Positions 56,708-64,000 of a DNA stretch of 64,000 nucleotides are shown here, one piece after another (position 1 is the stretch's first letter; each line of letters begins with the position of its first letter). Position numbers and translations under genes: made by a program. The notes below the pieces were generated by a model. The model saw only the letters and a list, made by a program, of their open reading frames with translations, did not search any database and had not been told where the DNA came from. The DNA lies in contig JAPDJI010000001.1 in NCBI GenBank assembly GCA_029259155.1, positions 32,001-96,000 of the forward strand, read 5' to 3'. The DNA is from Candidatus Methanomethylicia archaeon. Lineage in GTDB: Archaea; Thermoproteota; Methanomethylicia; Nezhaarchaeales; B40-G2.

Positions 56708-57262
56708 TTGTTCTCTAAGCCTAAGTACCGTATAGAGAACGTGGTAGCTTCCGTCACTCTCGATCAGACTCTAGACCTTAACGTGATAGCTAGCGTAATA
56801 CCTACCGCTGAGTATAACCCTGAACAGTTCCCTGGCTTAATATACAGGATTGATAGGCCTAAGACAGCCACGCTCATCTTTAGCTCAGGCAAAATGGTCT
56901 GTACAGGAGCTAAAAGCGAGAAAGAGGTTTACAAGGCGGTGAAGAAAATCATTCAGGAGCTTAAGTCACATAAAATCGTGATTCTAAAGGAACCGAAGAT
57001 ACAGATACAGAACATAGTTGCCTCCGCTAATCTTAATGCGGAGATAAACCTTGAGAAGGCAGCTTACTTGCTGGAGGACGCTATGTATGAACCTGAACAG
57101 TTCCCTGGCTTAATATACAGGATGGAGGATCTAGGCGTCGTTCTCCTCCTCTTTAGCTCAGGCAAAATGGTCTGTACAGGAGCTAAAAAGGAGGACGATG
57201 TCAAGACCGCGGTCAATAGAATATATGAGAAGCTCAAGGAATTAGGCGTGCTTTACATCTAG
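56708..57262 (+). CDS. tbp: TATA-box-binding protein
   Basis: Two repeats: [50 protein letters not shown] twice. Confidence 0.97.
   Translation: MFSKPKYRIENVVASVTLDQTLDLNVIASVIPTAEYNPEQFPGLIYRIDRPKTATLIFSSGKMVCTGAKSEKEVYKAVKKIIQELKSHKIVILKEPKIQIQNIVASANLNAEINLEKAAYLLEDAMYEPEQFPGLIYRMEDLGVVLLLFSSGKMVCTGAKKEDDVKTAVNRIYEKLKELGVLYI
56819..57188 (+). repeat. Two pairs of nucleotide-identical direct repeats inside tbp (32 nt: 56819-56850 = 57092-57123; 39 nt: 56877-56915 = 57150-57188)
   Basis: CCTGAACAGTTCCCTGGCTTAATATACAGGAT and TCTTTAGCTCAGGCAAAATGGTCTGTACAGGAGCTAAAA each occur twice, both at a 273-nt offset. Confidence 0.9.
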
Positions 57263-57406
57263 CTACATCTTTCTGCCGGCTTCTCTTTGATGTAGAGAGA
57301 TATGGATCGCTACTCTCTGGTATTCTTCAGATAGTCCGAGTATATTCTTAATTTAGTAAAATCCGGCTTTTTGTCGTGGTTGACCGATAATTTAACGGTG
57401 AATAAA

Positions 57407-57553
57407 TTGACCTTTAAGGAGTCTTTCAAGGGCTTCTGCCATTTCTGCGGCAGAGATATTGTTGAGAAGATACATTGACTAGAACATCAAGGCAAAGCTC
57501 TAGTGTTCTGTAGTGAAAAATGTCTTGAAGATTACTTAAAGCAACAGAGCTAG
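57407..57553 (+). pseudogene. Small TRASH/YHS-like metal-binding protein with an in-frame TGA (57476-57478)
   Basis: Manual translation MTFKESFKGFCHFCGRDIVEKIH*LEHQGKALVFCSEKCLEDYLKQQS; CxxCG...G...FCSxxC signature; GGTGA RBS upstream. Confidence 0.65.
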
Positions 57554-57565
57554 TCCTTTTTTCTC

Positions 57566-58489
57566 TTAAACTCTTCCTGTGATTAAAGATAAGAGCGCCA
57601 TCCTAACAGGTACACCGAAGCGAGCTTGTTTAAAGTAAGCTGCGTGTTTAGTGGCATCGATCTCTACAGGTAGCTCTTCCCTTCTAGGCAGGGGGTGTAA
57701 TATGATAAGGGTATCTTTTACTCCTCTCAGCATAGACGTGGTTAATTTATAAATTCCCTTTACCTTTATGTATTCTTCCTTGGAGGGAAATCTTTCCTGT
57801 TGAATCCTAGTCATGTAGAGGACGTCTGCTTCCCTCAACGCTTCCTCGATGTTTGAGGTTTCTTTCATCCTCAGCCCTCTACCCACCAGCAATTCTTCAA
57901 TTTCTGATCGAAGCTTCAGCTGAGGTGGAGATGCTAAGTATACCTCGACGTCGTTATACAATGTTAGTGCTAAAAGCAATGAGTTTACGGTCCTAGCATA
58001 CTTGAGGTCTGCCATGAAAGCCACCTTGATACCATCAATTTTTCCCAATAGTCTCCAGATCGTGTAGAGGTCTACAAGAGCTTGGGTTGGGTGTTCTCTT
58101 GATCCATCACCTCCATTGATGACCGGGGCTTCAGCCACCTCAGCTGCCAGCTTAGCTGTGCCTTCAGAAGGGTGTCTTATCACCATGACATCGCAGTAGC
58201 CGTCGATGGTTCTTATGGTATCCTCGAAGCTTTCACCTTTCATCAACGAAGTGCTTTCAACCCCAGAGAACCCGATGATAGAGCCTCCTAGCCTGAGCAT
58301 TGCAGCTTCAAAGCTAAGTCTAGTTCTTGTGCTTGGTTCAAAGAAAAGCGTGGCTAAGATCGTGCCCTTTAAGAGATTTCCGAAGTCACTTGGCCGCTCC
58401 TCCATAGAACGCGCCACGGTGAAAATTAAATCGAGCTCTTTTCTCGAAAGGTCTAGAATAGAAACTAGGTCTCTGCCTGTTAATGACAT
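57566..58489 (-). CDS. pyrB: Aspartate carbamoyltransferase catalytic subunit
   Basis: FFEPSTRTRLSF, KGES..DT, RH, INGGDG..EHPTQAL.D, DLKYARTV.SL, TRIQ.ER, HPLPR. Confidence 0.97.
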   Translation of the reverse strand: MSLTGRDLVSILDLSRKELDLIFTVARSMEERPSDFGNLLKGTILATLFFEPSTRTRLSFEAAMLRLGGSIIGFSGVESTSLMKGESFEDTIRTIDGYCDVMVIRHPSEGTAKLAAEVAEAPVINGGDGSREHPTQALVDLYTIWRLLGKIDGIKVAFMADLKYARTVNSLLLALTLYNDVEVYLASPPQLKLRSEIEELLVGRGLRMKETSNIEEALREADVLYMTRIQQERFPSKEEYIKVKGIYKLTTSMLRGVKDTLIILHPLPRREELPVEIDATKHAAYFKQARFGVPVRMALLSLITGRV

Positions 58490-59844
58490 TATCTTCGCCT
58501 CATCGCCCTCAACATTAAGCCAAACCCCAACTTACCTTTAACTTCTCCCTCCTCGGCTATAACCTCCCCCCTGAGTATGGTTATCCTAGGTATGCCCTTG
58601 ATCAACCTTCCTTCAAAAGGTGTTTGAGGATGCTTAGAATGCATTTTTTCTGCCTTTATCCTCTCCTCTCTTTTCATGGAGACTATGACTAGATCTGCGT
58701 CAGCCCTCTCCTTTAAAACACCTTTTCTAGGGTATAGGTTAAGGATCATAGCAGGGTTGGTGGAGTATAGGTTTACGAGCTGTTTAAGCGTAAGCAATCC
58801 TTTATTGACGCTATCCAGCATTAAACGTAAAGTGATCTCTACACCTGCAAAACCTGATGGGGCTTTGAGAAGGTCTTTCCAACCTTCTAGGCGTTCTTCA
58901 AGCCCGTGAGGTGCGTGGTCACTCGCTAAAACATCTATTAAGCCCTTCTGTATAGCCAACCATAGCGCTTTCCTATGACGTCCCCCTTTTACTGGTGGAT
59001 CTACCTTAGCTAAAGGTCCTGCTTTTTTAAGATCTTTACCAGTCAAGAGTAGATAGTGGGGACATGTTTCGGCGGTTACCTTAAGGCCTTGTTCCTTAGC
59101 TTTCCTTAAAGCTACAACTGATCCTTCTGCGGAGAGGTGGCACAGGTGTATCTTAGCTAAGGTTCTATGAGCCGCGTTTAAGGCTTTGCGAACCCCACTC
59201 CACTCTAGCCTTGCATCTCTAACTTTAGCGTAGGTCGTAGGGTCCGTTAAAGTATACTTTAAGTCTTTTAGCTTCTTGCGCAAAGCTTCGAAGTTTTCGG
59301 CATGAATCAAACACAAGGTATCGTGCTTAGCGGTTTCCTTAAGTATATTGATGATTTTATTGCTAGGTATAAGGAGTTCCTCGAAGTTAGTGGCCATGTA
59401 TAGCTTCACGCCGATTGCTCCTAGTCTCAGTAATTCTCTTAGACGATGAACTGTGTGTAGCGAGGATCCGGCATAAAGGACGTAGTCGATTAAGGCCTTA
59501 TCCTTGACAGTCTCGAGCTTTTCCTTAAAGGCTTCAGGAGTAATTGCCGGAGGGTTATTATTAGGCATATCAGCTATAGTAGTAACCCCGCCACAGGCAG
59601 CGGCCATTGTGCCTGTGGCGAAGTCTTCTTTGTACGTATAGCCAGGGTCTCTAAAATGGACGTGCATGTCTATCATGCCTGGCAGTACCAGGTCTCCATC
59701 AACGTCTAGGTATGCTTCAGCTTTAGGCATGAGGACATCTTTGGATATCTTAACTATTCTTCCTTGATTAATACCTAAGGCTGCCTCAACCACTTCGCCG
59801 TTGAGAAGAAGTTTGCCGCGCTTTACTACTAAGTCCAGGGTCAA
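58489..59844 (-). CDS. pyrC: Dihydroorotase
   Basis: PGMIDMHVHFRDPG, GGVTT..DMPN, HAE, H.CHLS, ETCPHYL, SDHAPH; located in the pyr cluster. Confidence 0.88.
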   Translation of the reverse strand: MTLDLVVKRGKLLLNGEVVEAALGINQGRIVKISKDVLMPKAEAYLDVDGDLVLPGMIDMHVHFRDPGYTYKEDFATGTMAAACGGVTTIADMPNNNPPAITPEAFKEKLETVKDKALIDYVLYAGSSLHTVHRLRELLRLGAIGVKLYMATNFEELLIPSNKIINILKETAKHDTLCLIHAENFEALRKKLKDLKYTLTDPTTYAKVRDARLEWSGVRKALNAAHRTLAKIHLCHLSAEGSVVALRKAKEQGLKVTAETCPHYLLLTGKDLKKAGPLAKVDPPVKGGRHRKALWLAIQKGLIDVLASDHAPHGLEERLEGWKDLLKAPSGFAGVEITLRLMLDSVNKGLLTLKQLVNLYSTNPAMILNLYPRKGVLKERADADLVIVSMKREERIKAEKMHSKHPQTPFEGRLIKGIPRITILRGEVIAEEGEVKGKLGFGLMLRAMRRR

Positions 59845-59847
59845 GTA

Positions 59848-60504
59848 TTAGCCCCTTGCCTTAACGTAGTTGATGACGATATCGTAGGCCTGCCGGCTTA
59901 ACAGCCCTTTCTTGAGGAGGATGTCGATTGCTTCAGTGACCTTCATTAGTGCATGGAGCCTTACTCCAGCTTTACTTAGAAGCTCCTCTGCTCCTTGTTC
60001 TCGGTCTACTAAGACCACTACATCATTAACTACTCCTCCAGCTTCCCTTACAGCCTCTACTGTCTTCAGAGCGCTATCACCTGTTGAAACTAAGTCATCG
60101 ACGAGCAGGACTTTCTCTCCTCTTCTCAGCACGCCTTCTATGGTTTTAAGCTGGCCGTGGACTCTAAGACGTTTCCTAACGTAGATGAAAGGCTTCTTTA
60201 ACTTAAATGCTACTAAAGTCGCGAAAGGTATCCCTGCTGTGGGGACACCTGCTACCTTATCGAAGTCCTCTACTTCCTCCTTGATGAGCTTGCAATAGAT
60301 TTCACAGATCTTATTGAACTTTTCAGGGTAACTTGGAATTAACCGCATATCTATGTAGTAAGGACTATTGAGCCCAGAGGTTAGCTTAAAGGAACCGAAG
60401 GATATAGCGGAGCTTTCATGAAGTATTAAGGCAGCTTCTTCAGCTAGTTTAGCCTTAACTTGAGCCCAGCTAGCCGCTGAGCTGTAGATGGCTGAAACCC
60501 ACAA
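59848..60504 (-). CDS. pyrE: Orotate phosphoribosyltransferase
   Basis: FGSFKLTSG..SPYYIDMR, YVRK....HG, LLVDDLVSTGDS, VDREQG. Start approximate. Confidence 0.93.
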   Translation of the reverse strand: MWVSAIYSSAASWAQVKAKLAEEAALILHESSAISFGSFKLTSGLNSPYYIDMRLIPSYPEKFNKICEIYCKLIKEEVEDFDKVAGVPTAGIPFATLVAFKLKKPFIYVRKRLRVHGQLKTIEGVLRRGEKVLLVDDLVSTGDSALKTVEAVREAGGVVNDVVVLVDREQGAEELLSKAGVRLHALMKVTEAIDILLKKGLLSRQAYDIVINYVKARG

Positions 60505-60554
60505 CAACCTAGCCTTCAGGGGGGATTTAACATTTCCCCTAAGCAAAGAGAGGT

Positions 60555-61673
60555 CTAAAGCCACAACATTAGCGGGACTGGCAGTGACGCAATCCACATC
60601 ACGAAGAGTAAAATGAGCCCCAGTTTCCTAAGATTGCTAAGGGGAGATACGTCATTGAGGGCTCCTGGATGTCCTCTTAAAGCTATAAAGGCAGCTAGTA
60701 TGGCCATTACCACGAAGCCTATCACCATCATAATGACTATGAACACAACTGACAGGATTAGGTGAAGCTTTTCATTGACAGCAGCCCTCAACACGTGTCC
60801 TCCATCGAGTTGCCCTACAGGGAAGGTGTTGAGGAAAGTTATCAAGAACCCAACCCATCCAGCCCAAGCTACAGGATGAAGGTATATGAGAGAAGCTTCA
60901 GTTAGATCAGGGCGTACGAGAGGTATGAGGACTTCATAGATTAAGGGTGTAGGTAAAAACTGTGGGGAGACCCCTCCTTGCTCCATTTCCTCTATTAACT
61001 GAGTTGGGATTGGATAAGAGAGGCTTAAGCCTATAGCTGAGACGATTATGGAGATTAGAAAACCGAAAAGAGGACCTGAAATACCTATATCGAATAGATC
61101 ATTTCTACTTAGAGGAGGGCTTTCCTGCATTATCAAGGCTCCTAAGGTGCCTATGGGGAACCAAGGTATGGGAGGGAAAGGGATGAACAGTGGAGGCGAG
61201 GCTTTAACACCATGTACTTTGCAGGCTATTTTGTGCCCTAGTTCATGGATGCCGACTATGCTAACCATAGCGACGGCGTAGCCTAAAAGATGAGGAAGAG
61301 GGTTTAAAGCCACGGTGGGGTCCAGGCGTTGAAGAACCTCGTCAAGAACAGTTATGAGGTAGCCTGCGGCGAGAATAGTTCCCAGCGTAGCTATGAAAAG
61401 GCTGAGCGCCAAGAGTCTGCCGCGATGCTTACGTCTAGGTAAAGGTATGATCCTTAACGCAACTCTCCCCCTCACTCTCCTAAGCGTAGGTGTTAAGCCC
61501 AGTGGCTGAAGTTTCTCGCATAAGGCCTTGAAGGAGGAATCAAGGTTCTTCTCAGGCTTGATAAAGTAGACGGGCCAGCCTAGATCCAATATCCAGTCTT
61601 CTACCTGAAAGTAAGCTCTAACTAAGCTGTCGAGCTCAGCTATGTGTAGTGCTTGCGTATACAAGTAAGGCAC
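60555..61673 (-). CDS. Site-2 protease (M50 family membrane metalloprotease)
   Basis: HELGH, P.FIP...IGTLGA.I, DIGISGP, LNTFPVGQLDGGH. Confidence 0.92.
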   Translation of the reverse strand: MPYLYTQALHIAELDSLVRAYFQVEDWILDLGWPVYFIKPEKNLDSSFKALCEKLQPLGLTPTLRRVRGRVALRIIPLPRRKHRGRLLALSLFIATLGTILAAGYLITVLDEVLQRLDPTVALNPLPHLLGYAVAMVSIVGIHELGHKIACKVHGVKASPPLFIPFPPIPWFPIGTLGALIMQESPPLSRNDLFDIGISGPLFGFLISIIVSAIGLSLSYPIPTQLIEEMEQGGVSPQFLPTPLIYEVLIPLVRPDLTEASLIYLHPVAWAGWVGFLITFLNTFPVGQLDGGHVLRAAVNEKLHLILSVVFIVIMMVIGFVVMAILAAFIALRGHPGALNDVSPLSNLRKLGLILLFVMWIASLPVPLMLWL

Positions 61674-61732
61674 CTTAAAGGCAGCGCTAATGCTATTAAG
61701 GCCTGCTTTAAATCCTTTTTGCGGAAGGTGGG

Positions 61733-62221
61733 GTGGGGGGCTCGCAGAGTATATTCTTTAAGCTGCGGGTCTTTGAGCCAAGAGACCTAGATAGTGTCAT
61801 ATATATCAACAGGACTTGTCTACCTGAAAACTACCCACCTGACTTCTTCCTAATGCACCATCGAGAACACCCTGAGGCTTTCCTCGTGGCTGAACTTGAT
61901 GGTGAGGTTATAGGCTACAGCATGAGCCGCGTAGAACATGGTTTCTCCAATTTTAGAAGAGTTTTCGCTAAGAAGGGGCACGTCATCTCCATCGCTGTCC
62001 TGCCGCGCGCTAGGAGGATGGGGATAGCCACTTCGCTTATGACAAGGACCTTGGAGGCACTACGTAAATATGGAGCCTCAGAAGTATACTTGGAGGTTAG
62101 GGTGACCAACGAACCAGCCATAAACCTATACAGGAAGATGAACTTTGAAATAGTGAGGAGGCTCGTAGGCTACTACGTTGATGGCGAGGACGCCTGGTTG
62201 ATGGCTAGGCAGCTATGGTGA
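61733..62221 (+). CDS. N-terminal protein acetyltransferase (Ard1/RimI-like GNAT)
   Basis: IN..CLPENY, GY.M.RVE.G, KGHVISIAV...RR.GIA, LEVRV.N..AI.LY, YY.DGEDA.LM. Confidence 0.92.
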   Translation: MGGSQSIFFKLRVFEPRDLDSVIYINRTCLPENYPPDFFLMHHREHPEAFLVAELDGEVIGYSMSRVEHGFSNFRRVFAKKGHVISIAVLPRARRMGIATSLMTRTLEALRKYGASEVYLEVRVTNEPAINLYRKMNFEIVRRLVGYYVDGEDAWLMARQLW

Positions 62222-63330
62222 GGGCCAGCTCCTTGACCGAGTGTAAGCTATGTGGTGTTAAAGACCCCCTAATATCTTCCCAGCTGGGTCTTTGTCCTAG
62301 CTGCGCGAGGAATGGAGGGGCTGAGGCGGTTAAGATAGCACAAGAAGCTCATGCAAAGGTTAGGGCTCGCCTACACTTACCTGAAAGAATACCTAAAGAC
62401 CCTAAGGGTGTGAAGTGTAGTCTATGTAGTAATGAATGCTCCATACCTGAAGGTGGAACCGGTTACTGTGGCCTTAGAAGAAACGTTGAGGGCAAGCTTG
62501 AACACCTAGCAGGCATCGATGTAGGCCTTCTCTACGCTTATTATGACCCCTTGCCCACTAATTGCTGCGCAGCTTGGTTTTGTCCAGGCTCAAAGGAGAG
62601 CGGCTACAACTTAGCTGTATTCTTTTATGGCTGCAACTTTGACTGCCTTTTTTGCCAGAACGCTTCTCATAAGAACATTATCGAGGGCTTCACGGTCACT
62701 CCTAGGGAGCTAGCTGAAAGAGCTGGCTTCAGCGTAAGGTGTATATGCTACTTTGGCGGCTCACCTGAGCCTCAGCTACCCTTCGCCTTGAAGGCTAGCC
62801 AGGAAGCTTATCATAAGGCTATCAAGGAAGAGAGGTCCTTGAAAATATGCTGGGAGTGGAATGGTTGCGGCAATAAAGAGCTCGTTAAGAAAGCAGCTGA
62901 GCTTTCCTTGATCACTGGAGGCAACATTAAATTCGACCTTAAGGCGCGTAGCCCCACGCTCAGCATAGCGCTAAGCGGAGTAGATAACTCTAGAGCTTAC
63001 GAGAACTTTGCTATGATAGCCAAAGAGTTCTATGATAAACGCCCTCACGACCCTGTTTTGACCGCTACCACTCTCCTGGTTCCTGGTTATGTGGATGAAG
63101 ACGAGGTAGATTCTATTGCTAGCTTCATAGCTGACCTCGATGCCACGATCCCTTATAGCCTATTAATTTTCTATGGAGCATTTGCTATGAAAGACCTACC
63201 CGTGACCCCTGTAAGCCAGGTAGTCTCATGTTATCGCGCCGCTAAGAGGCACTTAGAGAATGTCCATATAGGGAACCTACACCTCATCGGCCTTAGCTGT
63301 ATGGCTGAGTTTAAGGCGAGGCTGCTTTAA
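62215..63330 (+). CDS. Radical SAM protein (PFL-activase-like) with N-terminal Zn ribbons
   Basis: CKLCG...CPSC, CSLCSNEC..GYCGLR, DPLPTNC, GCNFDCLFCQN, FGGSPEP, CWEWNG, TLLVPGY. Confidence 0.88.
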   Translation: MVRASSLTECKLCGVKDPLISSQLGLCPSCARNGGAEAVKIAQEAHAKVRARLHLPERIPKDPKGVKCSLCSNECSIPEGGTGYCGLRRNVEGKLEHLAGIDVGLLYAYYDPLPTNCCAAWFCPGSKESGYNLAVFFYGCNFDCLFCQNASHKNIIEGFTVTPRELAERAGFSVRCICYFGGSPEPQLPFALKASQEAYHKAIKEERSLKICWEWNGCGNKELVKKAAELSLITGGNIKFDLKARSPTLSIALSGVDNSRAYENFAMIAKEFYDKRPHDPVLTATTLLVPGYVDEDEVDSIASFIADLDATIPYSLLIFYGAFAMKDLPVTPVSQVVSCYRAAKRHLENVHIGNLHLIGLSCMAEFKARLL

Positions 63331-63507
63331 CCTACACCTTAGCCAATCCGCTAGCAATAAGGCGGTAGGGATGTAGAGGACGAAGGCATAAAACGAGGCG
63401 TCAAGGTTTAACGGGGATTCTAGAGTTAGCTTAAGGTAGGTGAAAAGGAGAGCTAAGCCAAGCATCATTAAAACCGGGGTCGGTGAGTGTTTACTGTTTG
63501 TGTTCAC
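63277..63507 (-). CDS. Small hypothetical membrane protein
   Basis: Two hydrophobic segments and a GGTG RBS; 3' end overlaps the convergent radical SAM gene. Confidence 0.45.
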   Translation of the reverse strand: MNTNSKHSPTPVLMMLGLALLFTYLKLTLESPLNLDASFYAFVLYIPTALLLADWLRCRLKQPRLKLSHTAKADEV

Positions 63508-63596
63508 GGCACACCAGCTTATTCAAAACTTAAAAACCCCCTATAACTTCTTTACTGCCCGCTCTCGGCCAGTATAAGGATTAGCGGCGAAGAGTC

Positions 63597-63896
63597 TTGA
63601 GTAAAAAGCAATCTAGGAGTATAAAGGCTGAGGAGGTTAAAGTCTGGCTGCCTCGGCTGACAAGGTACGAGAAAGCTAGGATAATAGGGGCTAGGGCTTT
63701 ACAGATCTCCATGGGGGCTCCTGTCCTAATAGCTGTTCCTCCAGAGGGCATGGACCCTATCAAGATAGCTTCAATGGAGCTTGAGCTAGGCCTCCTACCC
63801 ATGACAATTAGGCGTAGACTGCCTAATGGGCGCTACCAGGATATCCCTCTTTCATGGCTTCTTAAAGGTCGCCCAGCGTCTAGGGGTAGTGGGTGA
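63597..63896 (+). CDS. rpoK: DNA-directed RNA polymerase subunit Rpo6 (K)
   Basis: RLTRYEKARIIGARALQISMGAP, DPI.IA..EL....LP..IRRRLP.G. Confidence 0.96.
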   Translation: MSKKQSRSIKAEEVKVWLPRLTRYEKARIIGARALQISMGAPVLIAVPPEGMDPIKIASMELELGLLPMTIRRRLPNGRYQDIPLSWLLKGRPASRGSG

Positions 63897-64000
63897 AGGC
63901 TCTAAGATCTCTTTAACAAAGTTTTCCTCACGCTCATATACGTGAAGGTTTTTGGAGAAGGCTACGCTAAAGCCCGGCTCTACGCCTATTTCTGCCGCCA
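63852..64000 (-). CDS. thyA: Thymidylate synthase (ThyA-like), C-terminal part only
   Basis: Manual translation ...AAEIGVEPGFSVAFSKNLHVYEREENFVKEIL... matches the ThyA C-terminal G.E.G......LH.YE pattern. Gene enters from outside the window. Confidence 0.6.
   Translation of the reverse strand, partial: AAEIGVEPGFSVAFSKNLHVYEREENFVKEILEPSPTTPRRWATFKKP

Noticed and set aside
1-64000. Genome-wide reassignment of TAG or TGA; CRISPR arrays; IS elements; rRNA
   Set aside because: Conserved genes end at TAG (radA, leuS, tbp) and TGA (tldD, sec11, rpoK) at their expected lengths. No regularly spaced repeats, transposases or rRNA-like tracts were seen.

Overview
Gene-dense chromosomal window from an archaeon, most likely a TACK/Thermoproteota lineage with methanopterin-based C1 metabolism. 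The archaeal call rests on TBP, Rpo6, archaeal LeuRS, RadA, the tetraether lipid synthase and class III signal peptides; the finer taxonomy is inference. In order, the window holds: a RadA-centred operon (degenerate HerA/VirB4-like ATPase, SWIM protein, inactive RecA-fold protein), tRNA-Gln(UUG), a glycoside hydrolase/GT4 pair, tldD/tldE, a PhoU-like regulator, leuS, an archaeal CoA operon, purine genes, tes, a methanopterin cluster (citG-like, DUF447, mptA/E/D, dmrX), a pilin/adhesin locus, mer, sec11, tbp, pyrB/C/E, rpoK and the 3' end of thyA. No integrase, transposase or CRISPR array was seen. Strongest unexpected signals: (1) a 23-nt intron with a complete bulge-helix-bulge motif interrupting a radical SAM gene (6302-6324); (2) an HPS-RraA/aldolase fusion in a CoA operon that lacks panB, suggesting a folate-independent route to ketopantoate; (3) a SWIM protein coupled to a RadA paralog, resembling the eukaryotic Shu complex; (4) non-canonical initiation or readthrough at coaBC and pok; (5) nucleotide-identical blocks between the two halves of tbp; (6) single in-frame stops in a large nested-domain adhesin and a small TRASH protein. 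All product calls come from motif recognition by eye, not database searches.
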